Shown here one piece after another: positions 1 through 9,660 of a DNA stretch of 64,000 nt. Origin of the DNA: Selenomonadaceae bacterium (GTDB taxonomy: Bacteria; Bacillota; Negativicutes; Selenomonadales; Selenomonadaceae); assembly GCA_017614505.1 (NCBI GenBank), contig JAGABT010000001.1:515-64514 (forward strand). The letters are read 5' to 3'. The translations under genes were made by a program, and so were the position numbers. Below the pieces are notes generated by a model. It ran no database searches and was not told the origin of the DNA. It worked only from the letters and a program-made list of their open reading frames with translations. Position 1 is the first letter of the stretch; each line of letters starts with the position of its first letter.

Positions 1-960
1 TCCGCGCTCAGAACGTAGCCCGCGCTTACCGCCTCGGCAATATAATTCGCCACGCCGCCGGAAATTTCCCAGTGCGCCGCCGTCGTACTCGATTGAACAA
101 CGTCATTCGCCAGCTTAAGCGTGTAGCCTTCGGAAATCGTCACGGTATCTTCACCGAGCATAGACGCGTTCAAAGTCACAACTTTATTTTTCCGCGAAAT
201 TCCGTCAATGGAGGCGCCGCTCTTAAGCCCGCTGACCGTAGCCAGAGTATTTCCGCCGCTGGCAGCAGAATAACGAATGCTCCTCGCGTCGCCCATAAGA
301 TAATGCCCCGCCGTCGAATAAGCCGCGGTGTAAATCGCCATCGTGCCGCTGATACTCCAGTAAGCGGGCGTAGTCACCGGCGTAACGACATCCGCGCCGA
401 GCTTAAGCGCGTAACCGGCGGAAATGTAAACAGTCTCTTCGCCCAGCACAGATTCGGAAAGCGTAACTTCCGTACCGTCAAGCGAAATTCCGGCAAGCGT
501 GGAACCTTCGCGCAGATGAGTTATCGAAATCAGCGTATCGCCGGTGGGATTCTGGTAGGCAATGCTCTTGCGGTCGTCCGAAAGGACATAGCCCGCCGTC
601 GTGCCAGCGCCAATATAATTCGCCGTCGTGCCGGAAATATCCCAGTAAGCCGACGTAGCTTTTGGCGTGGCAACGCCGCTGCCGAGTTTGAGCGTGTAGT
701 TGCCGGAAACGCTGGCAGTGCCGGTACCGAGAACCGTCGCTGGCAGAATAATTTCCGAGCCGCTCATTGAAATATCGCTGGCGTCGGCGCCGTTGACCAG
801 CCCCGTAATTGTCGCAAGAGTTTCGCCGCCGCTCGCCGCGCTGTAGCTGAAAGTTTTCCCGTCCGAAGAAATTGCGTAGCCAGCAGTTTTACTCGCCGCC
901 CTGTAGGTTGCAGTAGTGCCGGAAATGCTCCACGCCGCCGCAATGTCACGCGCTTCATCG
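1..960 (-). repeat. In-frame tandem coding repeats of 285-288 bp (95-96 aa); at least 4 copies, continuing past the window edge.
   Basis: A conserved W-x-ISG-x-x-A-x-Y anchor recurs, with Trp codons (cca on the + strand) at 69-71, 357-359, 642-644 and 930-932, all in one frame. Spacings are 288, 285 and 288 bp. Confidence 0.75.
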
Positions 961-3425
961 TTTATCGTCAGACTCCCGCTGCCGGTTTTCTGCAGGGCGT
1001 AGGCGGCGCCGGTAATGCTGCCGGTGTGGTAGGCGCTGCTGTCCTTTACTGTCAGGTAACCGCCGTAAATCAGCGCGGCGCTGGCAGTCGAAGTTATGGT
1101 TTTGCCGTTGAGTTCCAGCGTGATATTTTTACCGGCGGAAATTGTCACGGCGCCAGTCAGACTGAGATTCTGCGTGAGCGTGATTGTATCGCCGGAACTG
1201 GCGGCGGCAATCGCGTCGGTGAGCGAAGTATAAGTTACGCTGCCAATTTTGCAGACAGGCTCGGTAATTTCGCTGGTGTCTATGTGCAGGGTTTTACCGG
1301 CGGCGCCCTTCAGCGTGACGGCACCCGTGCCAATCTTAACGACAACGTCCGAGCCGCTGGCAACGGTCGCGAAGGATTTTCCCGCAACTTCGAGCGTGTC
1401 ATTCGCGCTGAAATTGTAAATCACGTCGGCGCCGTCGCCTTCGGTGTAGCTGAAAATATTCGCGCTGCCGCTGGAATAAATCACGTCGTTTCCCGTGCCG
1501 CCGGTAATGGAATTGCGCGAGCCGGTCAGGCTTATCGTGTCATTGCCAGCGCCGGAATAAATCAGCGCGTAAGAGCCGCTGCCGGTAATCGAATCGCCGC
1601 CGGTCGCCGAATCGTCCGCCACGATTGTAACGTTGCTGCCCACGCCGGAAATATTCCACGAGCTCTGGTCGTTGAAGTAGGTGACGATTTGTTTAATGGC
1701 GCTGTTGAGCGTGTAGGTTTTGCCGGACGCCGAGCCGACAGAAACGCCGGTGTATTCACTGTCGAAAGAAATTACGCGGGCAGTCGTGAGGTCGGTGGAC
1801 TTGCCGGAAATGTAATAAATCCCGTCGGTGCGCAGCTCGACGCGGGCGGAAAGTTTATCGCTGGAAAGAATCGACGCGTTGGAAGAATCCGAGGCGGTTT
1901 TAGCAAGCCAGCGCAGGAAAATGTAGCCTGCCACGTAGGGATAAGAGCCGCCGCCGCCCTTGAGCGTAGCCGCCTGGTTGGAATTTATAATGTCGGTGCG
2001 GAGGTAATCGTCGAGCCACGCGTTGGAATTGTTGTTGACGGAATTATTCATGAGCGTGATAATTGAACCAAGGCGTTTATCGTCGATGCCGTGAATGAGT
2101 TCCGCCATGCCTTCCTTGAGAAATAGTGGCAGGTACGCGAAAAAGTTGACATTGGCGGCAAAAACTGCGTGGTTAAATTCGTGGGCGATAGTTCGGTCAA
2201 GCGTGCCGCCGCCGGAAACGACGCAGTTGGGGTCGTTCTCGTTTGAAATGCTGCCGAAATATTTTTCGTTCACGACGAGCGAAAGGCTGAGGGCTTTGCC
2301 GCTGCTTTTGCTGTAGCTGTGCGAAACGTAAGCGAGCCAGCTCTGGCTGGTGTAATTTTCAAAGTACAGATTAATTTCGGTAACCGAGGAGCCGCCGTCG
2401 GTAAAGTTGAGCCCCGTTGCCTCTTCGTTGAGCTGAAGAGCTTCCTTGAACCACCATTTGTAAAGACCGGCGATAATGACGTAGCGCCAGTCGCCCTTAA
2501 GGCTGTCGATGTTGCTGGCGTTTATGGCGGTGGTGATATTTCTGGAAGTTGGGTCGCGCTGCCCGATAATGTTTAATTTCAGCCCGCCATAAGTGAAGGA
2601 AAGATTTCCGCTGGCGTCCACGTCCAGAAAAGACGGGTCGAACTCGCTGGTAACGTTGCCGAGGAAATTTCCGCTGGCAAGGGTGCTGTTGCCGACGAAA
2701 CTGCCGCTGCCGTTGAAGTAGCCCTTAATCGTCGTGACTTTGCTAAGGTCGACGCTGGGATTTGACGCGGCGAGGGAGCTTGAAGTAACGGTGCCGCTGC
2801 GCGTGAATTTGACAGTGGAAGTGCCGTCGGAATTTACGCTGAGGACGGAAGTGAAATCGCCCGCGCCGAGAATCGTGGTTTTGCCTGCAACGTAGTCTTT
2901 GACTGTGAAATTTTTGACGCCGGAGCCGACGGAAACTGTATCGTTATCGCCGCCGGTAACTACAACTTCGCTGAACCCGTCGAGGTAAATGAAATCGTTG
3001 CCGGCGCCCGCCGAAATTGAATCTTCGCCGCCGGAATAAATCGTGTCGTCGAAGCCGGTCGCCTGCACGTGCCAGCCGTTACTGCCGGTGAAAATATTTT
3101 GCGCGGCGGTCGCGCTGGAATTGGCGGTGTAGGTATTGGCAATTTCCAGAACGGTCGTGTCGGCAGTTTTGGTGACGGAACCGCCCGCGTCCGCGCCCGT
3201 TATCCCGCCGGTGTCGGTGTTTGAAACATTTATGCCGCATTCCGCCAGAAAAGTTGTAGAGTTCGCCGCGGCTTTTGCTGCTGCCAGAAACTGCTGGCGC
3301 GCGTCTTCAATTCCAGTGTAGTCCGAACAGGCTTGAATTGCCTCGTCCAGCATTTCCGTTGAATCTGTTTTGGCGGTCTTGTCCAGCGCCTCCATGAACT
3401 TCAAGATAACTTCCAGCTGCGTCAT
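1..3425 (-). CDS. Large extracellular repeat protein, N-terminal ~1140 codons only (runs off the left edge). It has an HExxH metallopeptidase-like motif, RTX-like Ca-binding repeats and tandem ~96-aa repeats.
   Basis: The minus frame is open from ATG at 3425 (SD GGAGGG at 3435-3440) to position 1. It is absent from the ORF track because there is no stop inside the window. Hand translation starts MTQLEVILKFMEALDKTAKTD. TIAHEFNHA (HExxH) is encoded at 2167-2192 and FDDTIYSGGEDSISAGAGNDF (GGxGxD-like) at 2991-3053, both in the frame of the ATG. No N-terminal signal peptide is evident. Confidence 0.7.
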   Translation of the reverse strand, partial: MTQLEVILKFMEALDKTAKTDSTEMLDEAIQACSDYTGIEDARQQFLAAAKAAANSTTFLAECGINVSNTDTGGITGADAGGSVTKTADTTVLEIANTYTANSSATAAQNIFTGSNGWHVQATGFDDTIYSGGEDSISAGAGNDFIYLDGFSEVVVTGGDNDTVSVGSGVKNFTVKDYVAGKTTILGAGDFTSVLSVNSDGTSTVKFTRSGTVTSSSLAASNPSVDLSKVTTIKGYFNGSGSFVGNSTLASGNFLGNVTSEFDPSFLDVDASGNLSFTYGGLKLNIIGQRDPTSRNITTAINASNIDSLKGDWRYVIIAGLYKWWFKEALQLNEEATGLNFTDGGSSVTEINLYFENYTSQSWLAYVSHSYSKSSGKALSLSLVVNEKYFGSISNENDPNCVVSGGGTLDRTIAHEFNHAVFAANVNFFAYLPLFLKEGMAELIHGIDDKRLGSIITLMNNSVNNNSNAWLDDYLRTDIINSNQAATLKGGGGSYPYVAGYIFLRWLAKTASDSSNASILSSDKLSARVELRTDGIYYISGKSTDLTTARVISFDSEYTGVSVGSASGKTYTLNSAIKQIVTYFNDQSSWNISGVGSNVTIVADDSATGGDSITGSGSYALIYSGAGNDTISLTGSRNSITGGTGNDVIYSSGSANIFSYTEGDGADVIYNFSANDTLEVAGKSFATVASGSDVVVKIGTGAVTLKGAAGKTLHIDTSEITEPVCKIGSVTYTSLTDAIAAASSGDTITLTQNLSLTGAVTISAGKNITLELNGKTITSTASAALIYGGYLTVKDSSAYHTGSITGAAYALQKTGSGSLTINDEARDIAAAWSISGTTATYRAASKTAGYAISSDGKTFSYSAASGGETLATITGLVNGADASDISMSGSEIILPATVLGTGTASVSGNYTLKLGSGVATPKATSAYWDISGTTANYIGAGTTAGYVLSDDRKSIAYQNPTGDTLISITHLREGSTLAGISLDGTEVTLSESVLGEETVYISAGYALKLGADVVTPVTTPAYWSISGTMAIYTAAYSTAGHYLMGDARSIRYSAASGGNTLATVSGLKSGASIDGISRKNKVVTLNASMLGEDTVTISEGYTLKLANDVVQSSTTAAHWEISGGVANYIAEAVSAGYVLSA

Positions 3426-3521
3426 ATCTGTTCACCCTCCGCGAATTATTTTCACAAAAAAAATCGGTACAACCTTTATCAGTTATATCGATTTTTCGGA
3501 AAATCAGTTTAAGAAAGGGCG

Positions 3522-5135
3522 TTAAGCTTCGAGCAGCTGCCGCTTGAGGTCTTGATACGCCTGCGAGAAATGCGGCGGGTACTGCGATTCTTTTTGTGCG
3601 CCGAAAGGTCTGGCGGTCAGCGCCAAAATCGGCGGCGACTGAATGCGTTTTGCAACCGCCATGCCGTTGAACGCCTTCCACCATTTTTCGAGGTCGGCGA
3701 TAAAATCTTCAACGGTCGGGAAATATTTTTTCGCTAAGCCGTCAGCACAGCCAATTTCGTCTTCGAGCAAGCCCTGCGCGTAAGCCAGCAGTAAATCTTC
3801 CGGCGCGGACATTTTTTCAGTGAAGGCGCGGAAAAGATAATCGTGGTAGTCGTAGTGAAGCGGGTCGCCCTTGCCCTCGTCGACGTTCTGGGCGTCGGAA
3901 AGTTCAGCGCTCGGCACAATGTCAATAATCCCCTGCGGAATGACTTCGCGCCCGTAAACTTCGTCGTTCATGTAGCGCGCCAGCTCGTAAATCTGGAATT
4001 TCCACAAATCCGCCAGCGCCGCCATAAATCCAGCCGCGTCGCCGTACATCGTCGCATAGCCAATCGTGGTTTCCGCCTTGTTGGCGTTGCAGGTAAAGAC
4101 GCCGCCGACTGCCGCTGCCAGCGCCGATAAAATTCTGGAACTGCGGTCGCGCGCCTGAATATTTTCCCGCACGAAGCCGGAGATTTTTATTTCTTCCGTC
4201 GAGCCGTAGGAGAGGAAAGTTACCGGCGTCGATTCGATTTGCTTAACCGTGGCGTCGACTGAATCCTGAATTGGCAGTACGACGTACTTGCAGCCGAGAT
4301 TTTTCGCAAGCGTCTCGCTCAGATTTTTAGTTGTATCCGAATTGAACGCGCTGGGCATGTTCACCAGCAGGACATTTTCCACGCCGAGGATTTTTGAATA
4401 GAGCGCCGCCGCAACCGCCGAATCAATTCCGCCGGAAATTCCAATGACGACTTTTTTCATTCCAATCTGCGCGAGGAATTTTTCGACGCCGAAACTCAGC
4501 GCGCGGTAAATTCCGGCGACAGGCGGTTCCTCAGGCAGTTCAAGCGCGGGCAGGCTTTCGAGTCCGTCAAGCTCAACGACGCTCAGATTTTCGTGGAACG
4601 GCGCAACTTCGTGAATAACTTTGCCGTCGCGATTGTAAATTCTGCTCTCGCCGTCGAAGGGGAAAATATTTTTGCCGTTGTTCTGGACGCCGACCGCGTT
4701 GACGTAAACCAGCGGGCATTTGGCGTCGATAGCGCGCGCGGCACAGAAATTGTAGCGCTCGGCGTTGCCGCTGGCGTAGGGCGTGCCGTCAAGCATGAAG
4801 CAGAGCTGCACGCCGGCAATTTCCGCGGTAAAAACCGTCCTGTCCTGCAGGCGATTTACCAGCTTGCCGCCGCCCGCCACGAGAATTTCCTGTACGCCGC
4901 CGAAAATCACGGCAATTCCTTCGCTCGCCGCAATTATCTGCTGGCAGAAAGTGTCGCAGTCCTTCAAAAAAGCCCGCGAAGTTGTGTACAGCCGCCCCGA
5001 AACTGACGACGCCGGAAAAACTATCGCCGCGCATTCCTGTTCCTTCGCCTGCGCGATAAACTTCAAAATTTTTTCCGCGTTGAGCGCGGGCTGCCCCGCC
5101 GCTACTTCGATTTGTGCCAATGCTATTTTTGCCAA
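3522..5135 (-). CDS. nadE: Glutamine-dependent NAD+ synthetase (N-terminal CN-hydrolase domain plus C-terminal NAD synthase domain).
   Basis: 537 aa with the PP-loop motif ISGGIDSAVAAAL. The N-terminal nitrilase-like domain begins MAKIALAQIEVAAG. Confidence 0.88.
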   Translation of the reverse strand: MAKIALAQIEVAAGQPALNAEKILKFIAQAKEQECAAIVFPASSVSGRLYTTSRAFLKDCDTFCQQIIAASEGIAVIFGGVQEILVAGGGKLVNRLQDRTVFTAEIAGVQLCFMLDGTPYASGNAERYNFCAARAIDAKCPLVYVNAVGVQNNGKNIFPFDGESRIYNRDGKVIHEVAPFHENLSVVELDGLESLPALELPEEPPVAGIYRALSFGVEKFLAQIGMKKVVIGISGGIDSAVAAALYSKILGVENVLLVNMPSAFNSDTTKNLSETLAKNLGCKYVVLPIQDSVDATVKQIESTPVTFLSYGSTEEIKISGFVRENIQARDRSSRILSALAAAVGGVFTCNANKAETTIGYATMYGDAAGFMAALADLWKFQIYELARYMNDEVYGREVIPQGIIDIVPSAELSDAQNVDEGKGDPLHYDYHDYLFRAFTEKMSAPEDLLLAYAQGLLEDEIGCADGLAKKYFPTVEDFIADLEKWWKAFNGMAVAKRIQSPPILALTARPFGAQKESQYPPHFSQAYQDLKRQLLEA

Positions 5136-5155
5136 TCCAATCGCTCCTTCAAAAA

Positions 5156-6121
5156 CTAATCGCGGCGCCGGTTACGCCCATTCCGCTTGTCCTTTTCCTT
5201 CTTCATGTACTGCTCGTAAAAATCTTCCACCGGCATGAACAGGTAGCGTATCCCTTCGGCGAAACCAATCCACGTCGGCAGCGTCGTCCAGAAAAACAGC
5301 AGGTACAAAACGCCCTGCCAGGTTTTCCCCTGATAAAATTTATGCGCGCCGAGTGAGCCGAGGAAAATTGCCAGCGCCGATTGAATGAGTTTCCGCTGGA
5401 TAATTTCTGGTCGCTCTTCCTCTGGGAAAGTTTGAATTTCGTCATCGTCCTCGTAGTGGCGGCGCCTGCGCGTCGGCAGTGGAATATTTCTGCGCTCAAT
5501 TCCGCCGAGCGGCTGATTCAAAAGGTCGGTATCGATTCGGACGTTGCCATATTCATCGATTTCGCCAATGTCAATCGTCTTGCGCTTAATCCCTTCGGCG
5601 TCGAGCTGCTGTTCCATAACTTTCAGTTCGGCGTCGGCGGAAATAATCTGGTCATTGAGCACGTGTTCAAACTGGTCGGCGTAGGCGTCGTCCAGCGCGG
5701 AGAGCGTCATTTTCATGCGGGATTTCAAATCGCGGACGCGGTCGGTAGAAAGTTCCGTTTCCTCCAGCTCCTGATACTGCCGGACGATTTTCACCGCGCG
5801 ATCCTGATAGTAGTCGATGAACTTGTACGCCAGCGGGATTCTGTCGGGATTTTTTTCAAGGTGCGCCAGCAGTTTTTTAGCGACGCGCTGCATTCTGGTG
5901 AGCTGAGCTGCAAGTTCCCTGTCTGAAATTTCCGCCCGCGCCTGTTCAAGGTATTTGAAATCCGCCATCGCCTTATCGAAATTTTCCTGCAGGTAAGTTG
6001 CGCGTTCTTCTTCGAGTTCCTCTAAATCCAGCTGCGGCGTTCGATTTTTCCGCCAGTCCCAAAACGCCTTTCCGCCGAATATCACGGCGACCGTCGACAA
6101 AATTACCAACAAATAATCCAC
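5156..6121 (-). CDS. Membrane protein with an XpaC/TelA-like helical region and a C-terminal TM2 domain.
   Basis: N-terminal TM helix (LLVILSTVAVIFGG). A long charged helical region follows. The C-terminus LGAHKFYQGKTWQGVLYLLFFWTTLPTWIGFAEGIRYLF resembles a TM2 domain. Confidence 0.5.
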   Translation of the reverse strand: MDYLLVILSTVAVIFGGKAFWDWRKNRTPQLDLEELEEERATYLQENFDKAMADFKYLEQARAEISDRELAAQLTRMQRVAKKLLAHLEKNPDRIPLAYKFIDYYQDRAVKIVRQYQELEETELSTDRVRDLKSRMKMTLSALDDAYADQFEHVLNDQIISADAELKVMEQQLDAEGIKRKTIDIGEIDEYGNVRIDTDLLNQPLGGIERRNIPLPTRRRRHYEDDDEIQTFPEEERPEIIQRKLIQSALAIFLGSLGAHKFYQGKTWQGVLYLLFFWTTLPTWIGFAEGIRYLFMPVEDFYEQYMKKEKDKRNGRNRRRD

Positions 6122-6141
6122 TGCGGCACCTCCCGACCGAG

Positions 6142-6903
6142 TTACACTTCCAGTTTGCGTTGCCTGAAACTCACCGGCGTCAATTCCAATTCCCTTGCGA
6201 AATCCAGTGCGCGTTCAAAATTCGCGCAGACAGCTTCGACCCTATGCGCGTCCGAGCCAATCGTTATGTACTTCCCGCCGAAATTTTTATACTGCTGATA
6301 AACCGGCACGAGTTCCTTGAGCCCGCGAATTTTATCCAGCCGCCGCGTGTTCAGCTCCAGAATTTTTCCGCGCTCAACGAGAATTTTCAGCACGGCATCA
6401 ATCTCCGGCTTGAACGCGGCGTATTCAATTTCGGGATTTTCATACGGCGCGGGGCGGCAGATATAATCGATGTGACCAAGCGCGTCGAAATCGGCGGCGG
6501 CGGCTTCCTCAGCCATCACAGCGAAATATTTTCGATACGCCGTCGATTTATCCTTGTCAGCGAAAAATTCCGCGTTGTAAATGTCAATGTCGTCGACGAC
6601 GTGAATCGAGCCAATGACGAAATCGAATTCAGCCTGCGCGAGGAAATTTTCATTGGCAGTTCGAGCAATTTTGCGCAAGCCGACTTCTACGCCGAGGCGG
6701 ACGGTATCGCTGCGCAGATTTTCGTACTCGCTGAAATAATTTTTCGCGTCGAAGGTGAAATCAACGTCGCCTGGGAGCTCGTAATCGTAGTGCTCGGTAA
6801 AAATAATTCCGAAGCCGAGAGTTTTCGCGCGGGCAATGGCGTCGGCGGCGCGCATTTCCGAATCGGCGGAAAATTTGGTGTGGGTGTGGCAGTCGAAAAT
6901 CAT
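6142..6903 (-). CDS. PHP-family histidinol-phosphatase-like metal-dependent phosphoesterase.
   Basis: The N-terminal MIFDCHTHTKFSADS (HxH) motif and a later GSDAH motif are typical of PHP-domain HisK-type phosphatases. Confidence 0.75.
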   Translation of the reverse strand: MIFDCHTHTKFSADSEMRAADAIARAKTLGFGIIFTEHYDYELPGDVDFTFDAKNYFSEYENLRSDTVRLGVEVGLRKIARTANENFLAQAEFDFVIGSIHVVDDIDIYNAEFFADKDKSTAYRKYFAVMAEEAAAADFDALGHIDYICRPAPYENPEIEYAAFKPEIDAVLKILVERGKILELNTRRLDKIRGLKELVPVYQQYKNFGGKYITIGSDAHRVEAVCANFERALDFARELELTPVSFRQRKLEV

Positions 6904-6906
6904 GGC

Positions 6907-7593
6907 TCAATCCTCGTCGTAATCTTCGTGGCGGTGGCGAATTTCCTTGCCGCGAATATCCTTAATCGCCTTGGCAATGTTTTCCGCGCCGTAAATCGCG
7001 GAGCCTGCCACTAAAATATTTGCGCCAGCTTCGCGGACGAGCACGGAAGTTTTGGAATTAATTCCGCCGTCGACCTCAATATCGCATTCGGTTTCCATTT
7101 CGTCAATCATGTGGTAGAGCATATGGATTTTGCCGAGCTGGGACTCAATAAATTTCTGCCCGCCGTAGCCAGGGTTGACGGTCATCACCAGCGCCATTTC
7201 AACATCTTCGAGCAGTTCCTCAATCATGGAAAGGGACGTACCTGGGTTGAGCGCGACGCCAGCTTTGCAGCCGCATTCGTGAATTTGCTGAATGACGCGG
7301 TGCGGGTGGCGCGTGGCTTCGACGTGGAAAGTGATAATATCAGCTCCGGCGTCCGCGAAAGATTTTATCTGCGTTTCGGGGTGTTCAACCATCAGGTGAA
7401 CGTCGAAAACCGCGCTGGAAAATTTGCGCAGGCTCCTGACAACCGCCGCGCCAATCGTAATTTCCGGCACGAAAGTCCCGTCCATAACGTCGATGTGAAT
7501 GTACTCGGCGCCGGCGTCGGTGACGCGCTTAATTTCGTCCGCAAGGTGCGCAAAGTCCGCTGAAAGAATCGACGGCGCTATTATCGTTGACAT
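6907..7593 (-). CDS. rpe: Ribulose-phosphate 3-epimerase.
   Basis: PSILSADF, HIDVMDG and VMTVNPGYGGQKF motifs. Confidence 0.9.
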   Translation of the reverse strand: MSTIIAPSILSADFAHLADEIKRVTDAGAEYIHIDVMDGTFVPEITIGAAVVRSLRKFSSAVFDVHLMVEHPETQIKSFADAGADIITFHVEATRHPHRVIQQIHECGCKAGVALNPGTSLSMIEELLEDVEMALVMTVNPGYGGQKFIESQLGKIHMLYHMIDEMETECDIEVDGGINSKTSVLVREAGANILVAGSAIYGAENIAKAIKDIRGKEIRHRHEDYDED

Positions 7594-7614
7594 GGAAAAT
7601 TCCTCCCAGAAAAA

Positions 7615-8238
7615 TTATATCACAATGTCGGAAAAAATTACCGGCAGTTTTTCGCGCAGGATTTTGTAAATTTCCAGCGCAACCTGCCGCATTTGCGGAT
7701 GAGCGCGCGGCGAAGTTCTGAGCTTGAGGAAATGCCGCCATTCGCGCAGGTTCGCCGTCATGAAAAGTTCCGTCGCCAGCGAATTTGGCAGTACCGAGCG
7801 GGCTTCTTCAGGACGCGCGCCGTTTGCACGCATTTCCAGATAAAATTTCTCCGCCTGTTCCATTGCGCGCTGCCAAAGCTGGAAATTCGCGTCGACTTCC
7901 TGCCAGAAACACGGCTTGATAAAACTGAGCTCGCCGCCGAATTTGTCGCCGCTGTAATCGCAGTAGCGCGTACTCATTTGCGAATAGCTCGCCAGACGGT
8001 GGCGCACAATTTCATGGCTGACGCCTCTGTCGCAGACGATTTTGAAAGTAACGCTGACGTGTTCGATAACGCTTTCGTGTCCGCTTTTGATAATGTTGGC
8101 GAGAAATTTTTCAGCGGAAGTGTCGGAAATTCTGGATTCAGATTTGTAGCAGACGCGACCGGCGCGCTCAATGTGGCGCATAATCTCGGCGGCGTCAAGT
8201 TCCTGCGCGAGCTCAACGCTCGGCTCAATAATTTTCAC
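7615..8238 (-). CDS. thyX: FAD-dependent thymidylate synthase ThyX.
   Basis: ThyX signature RHRLASYSQMSTRY. I moved the start to GTG 8238, which lies 9 nt downstream of AAGGAG (8248-8253). The track start at 8292 would overlap the upstream gene by 41 nt. Confidence 0.88.
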   Translation of the reverse strand: MKIIEPSVELAQELDAAEIMRHIERAGRVCYKSESRISDTSAEKFLANIIKSGHESVIEHVSVTFKIVCDRGVSHEIVRHRLASYSQMSTRYCDYSGDKFGGELSFIKPCFWQEVDANFQLWQRAMEQAEKFYLEMRANGARPEEARSVLPNSLATELFMTANLREWRHFLKLRTSPRAHPQMRQVALEIYKILREKLPVIFSDIVI

Positions 8239-8251
8239 GGGCAGCAGCTCC

Positions 8252-9526
8252 TTAACTTTTGCTAACGATATTGTCCTGGATTTTGAGACCATTGGCTTTC
8301 AGGATTTTCGCCGTCGGCGCATTTTTCCCTATGACCTTCAGCTCGTGCAGGATACGCACGAAAACCGAAAGGTGCATTCCGTCAATGAACGGTACTTTGT
8401 ACGTCACCTTGTTTGAAGTTATCGGGATAAATTCGACGGCGGATTTATTTTCCTGCAGAAATTTTTTAGTGTCGGCTGAAAGATTATTTAACGCCGGCTC
8501 GACGTAGCTCATGACTTCCGCCGCGTCACGAAAGTAAATCTTGCCGCCGCGCGAATCGAGGAAACTTTCCGCCACGACAGATTTAATATCGCCGGTGACG
8601 CCGCTTTTCTTTAGAATCAGCGCGAAAATTTCAGCGGGAATACCGTCGACAAATGGCACCTCGTGAATTTTATCGCCGCACTTAACGAAAACGGTTTTGA
8701 CTTCGGCGGCGTGTTCGTTCAGAAAATTCGTCGCGGGGTCTTTGCCGGTATCGTCAAGCTGACTGAGTTCGTCCTCGGTGTACAGGTAAACCGATTTGTT
8801 GACGAGCTTCAGGAAACTTTCGGCGATAACTTCGGCGGCGGAATCGTCCCTGCCGATAATTTTGAAGTCGAGCAGCGTGTTCGTGAAAGTCGAAACATTT
8901 ATCCCGTTGACAAACGGAATTTCCGCGAGCCTGTTGCCGTTTTTGACGAAAATAAATTTGACCTTCGAGGCGCGCTTAAGGTAAAAATTTTTCGTGTTGG
9001 GCGGAAGGTTCGCGCAGAGCTTGAATAATTTTTCAAGGTGACCGCTGGGCTGAGCATTTTCCATAACTTCGTCTGAGCCTCTCTTTGGAATGGTTAAACC
9101 GGTGCGAAAATCTACAAGTTCAATCAGGTCGGGATTAATCCGCAGGTCGTAAAGCATCGCCTTCAAGCCCTTGTGACCGAGTCCGTTTGAAACGACGATA
9201 ACCTTGCGATTCTGTTCAGTTGCGAGCTTAATCGCCGGCATAAAATCTCTGTCGCTCGAAACTAAAACAATAACTTCAACTGCCGGCTGTTCAAAAATAG
9301 TTTTGGCAATTTCGGTGCAGAGCCAGGTATCGGCGGAATTTTTGCCGTAGTCGCAATTCTGAATGCGGTAATTTTTGCTGGCGTCAAGGTATTTCGGCGA
9401 AAGAACTTCCTGCTTGCCGATAATGTCGACGGTTCCAACTTCGTAGTCGTAACTGAATTTTTCTACCGCCTTGAACGCAATTTCCGGCTTGACATTTTCC
9501 GCGTCAATAAAAATGTGGGCAATCAA
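8252..9526 (-). CDS. NYN/LabA-like (PIN-fold) domain protein with three C-terminal tandem ~80-aa repeats of unknown function.
   Basis: The N-terminus has IFIDAENV ... LVSSDRDF ... VIVVS, a NYN-like acidic pattern. This is followed by three repeats sharing the K-x-F(L) ... (E/K)(I/V)PF(V/I)(N/D)G ... F ... L pattern at aa 165-250, 258-332 and 343-420. Confidence 0.65.
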   Translation of the reverse strand: MIAHIFIDAENVKPEIAFKAVEKFSYDYEVGTVDIIGKQEVLSPKYLDASKNYRIQNCDYGKNSADTWLCTEIAKTIFEQPAVEVIVLVSSDRDFMPAIKLATEQNRKVIVVSNGLGHKGLKAMLYDLRINPDLIELVDFRTGLTIPKRGSDEVMENAQPSGHLEKLFKLCANLPPNTKNFYLKRASKVKFIFVKNGNRLAEIPFVNGINVSTFTNTLLDFKIIGRDDSAAEVIAESFLKLVNKSVYLYTEDELSQLDDTGKDPATNFLNEHAAEVKTVFVKCGDKIHEVPFVDGIPAEIFALILKKSGVTGDIKSVVAESFLDSRGGKIYFRDAAEVMSYVEPALNNLSADTKKFLQENKSAVEFIPITSNKVTYKVPFIDGMHLSVFVRILHELKVIGKNAPTAKILKANGLKIQDNIVSKS

Positions 9527-9660
9527 TGAATCATCCTCAAGAGTTTTTGTTTTATTGTATCACTTTTTGGCGGCGGTGAAAATATTCAGCGAAAATATTC
9601 TATGAGTGCCAGCACGAAGTACGTGAAGCCCGCCACTAATTCTCTCATGGTCTTTTATAT

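Noticed and set aside
72-2576. Plus-strand ORFs 72-770, 1026-2066, 2095-2316 and 2319-2576 from the track.
   Set aside because: They are Arg/Gly/Ala/Asn-rich and lack an SD. They lie antisense to a single minus-strand frame that is open across the whole region and encodes recognisable motifs (HExxH, GGxGxD, tandem repeats). I treat them as shadow ORFs.
3307-3684. 125-aa minus-strand ORF spanning the nadE 3' end and the giant-protein start region.
   Set aside because: It overlaps two better-supported genes in other frames and I see no SD or motif.
5998-7014. 338-aa plus-strand ORF.
   Set aside because: It is antisense to the PHP phosphatase gene and to the 5' end of the TM2-domain protein gene. 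I see no motif or SD.
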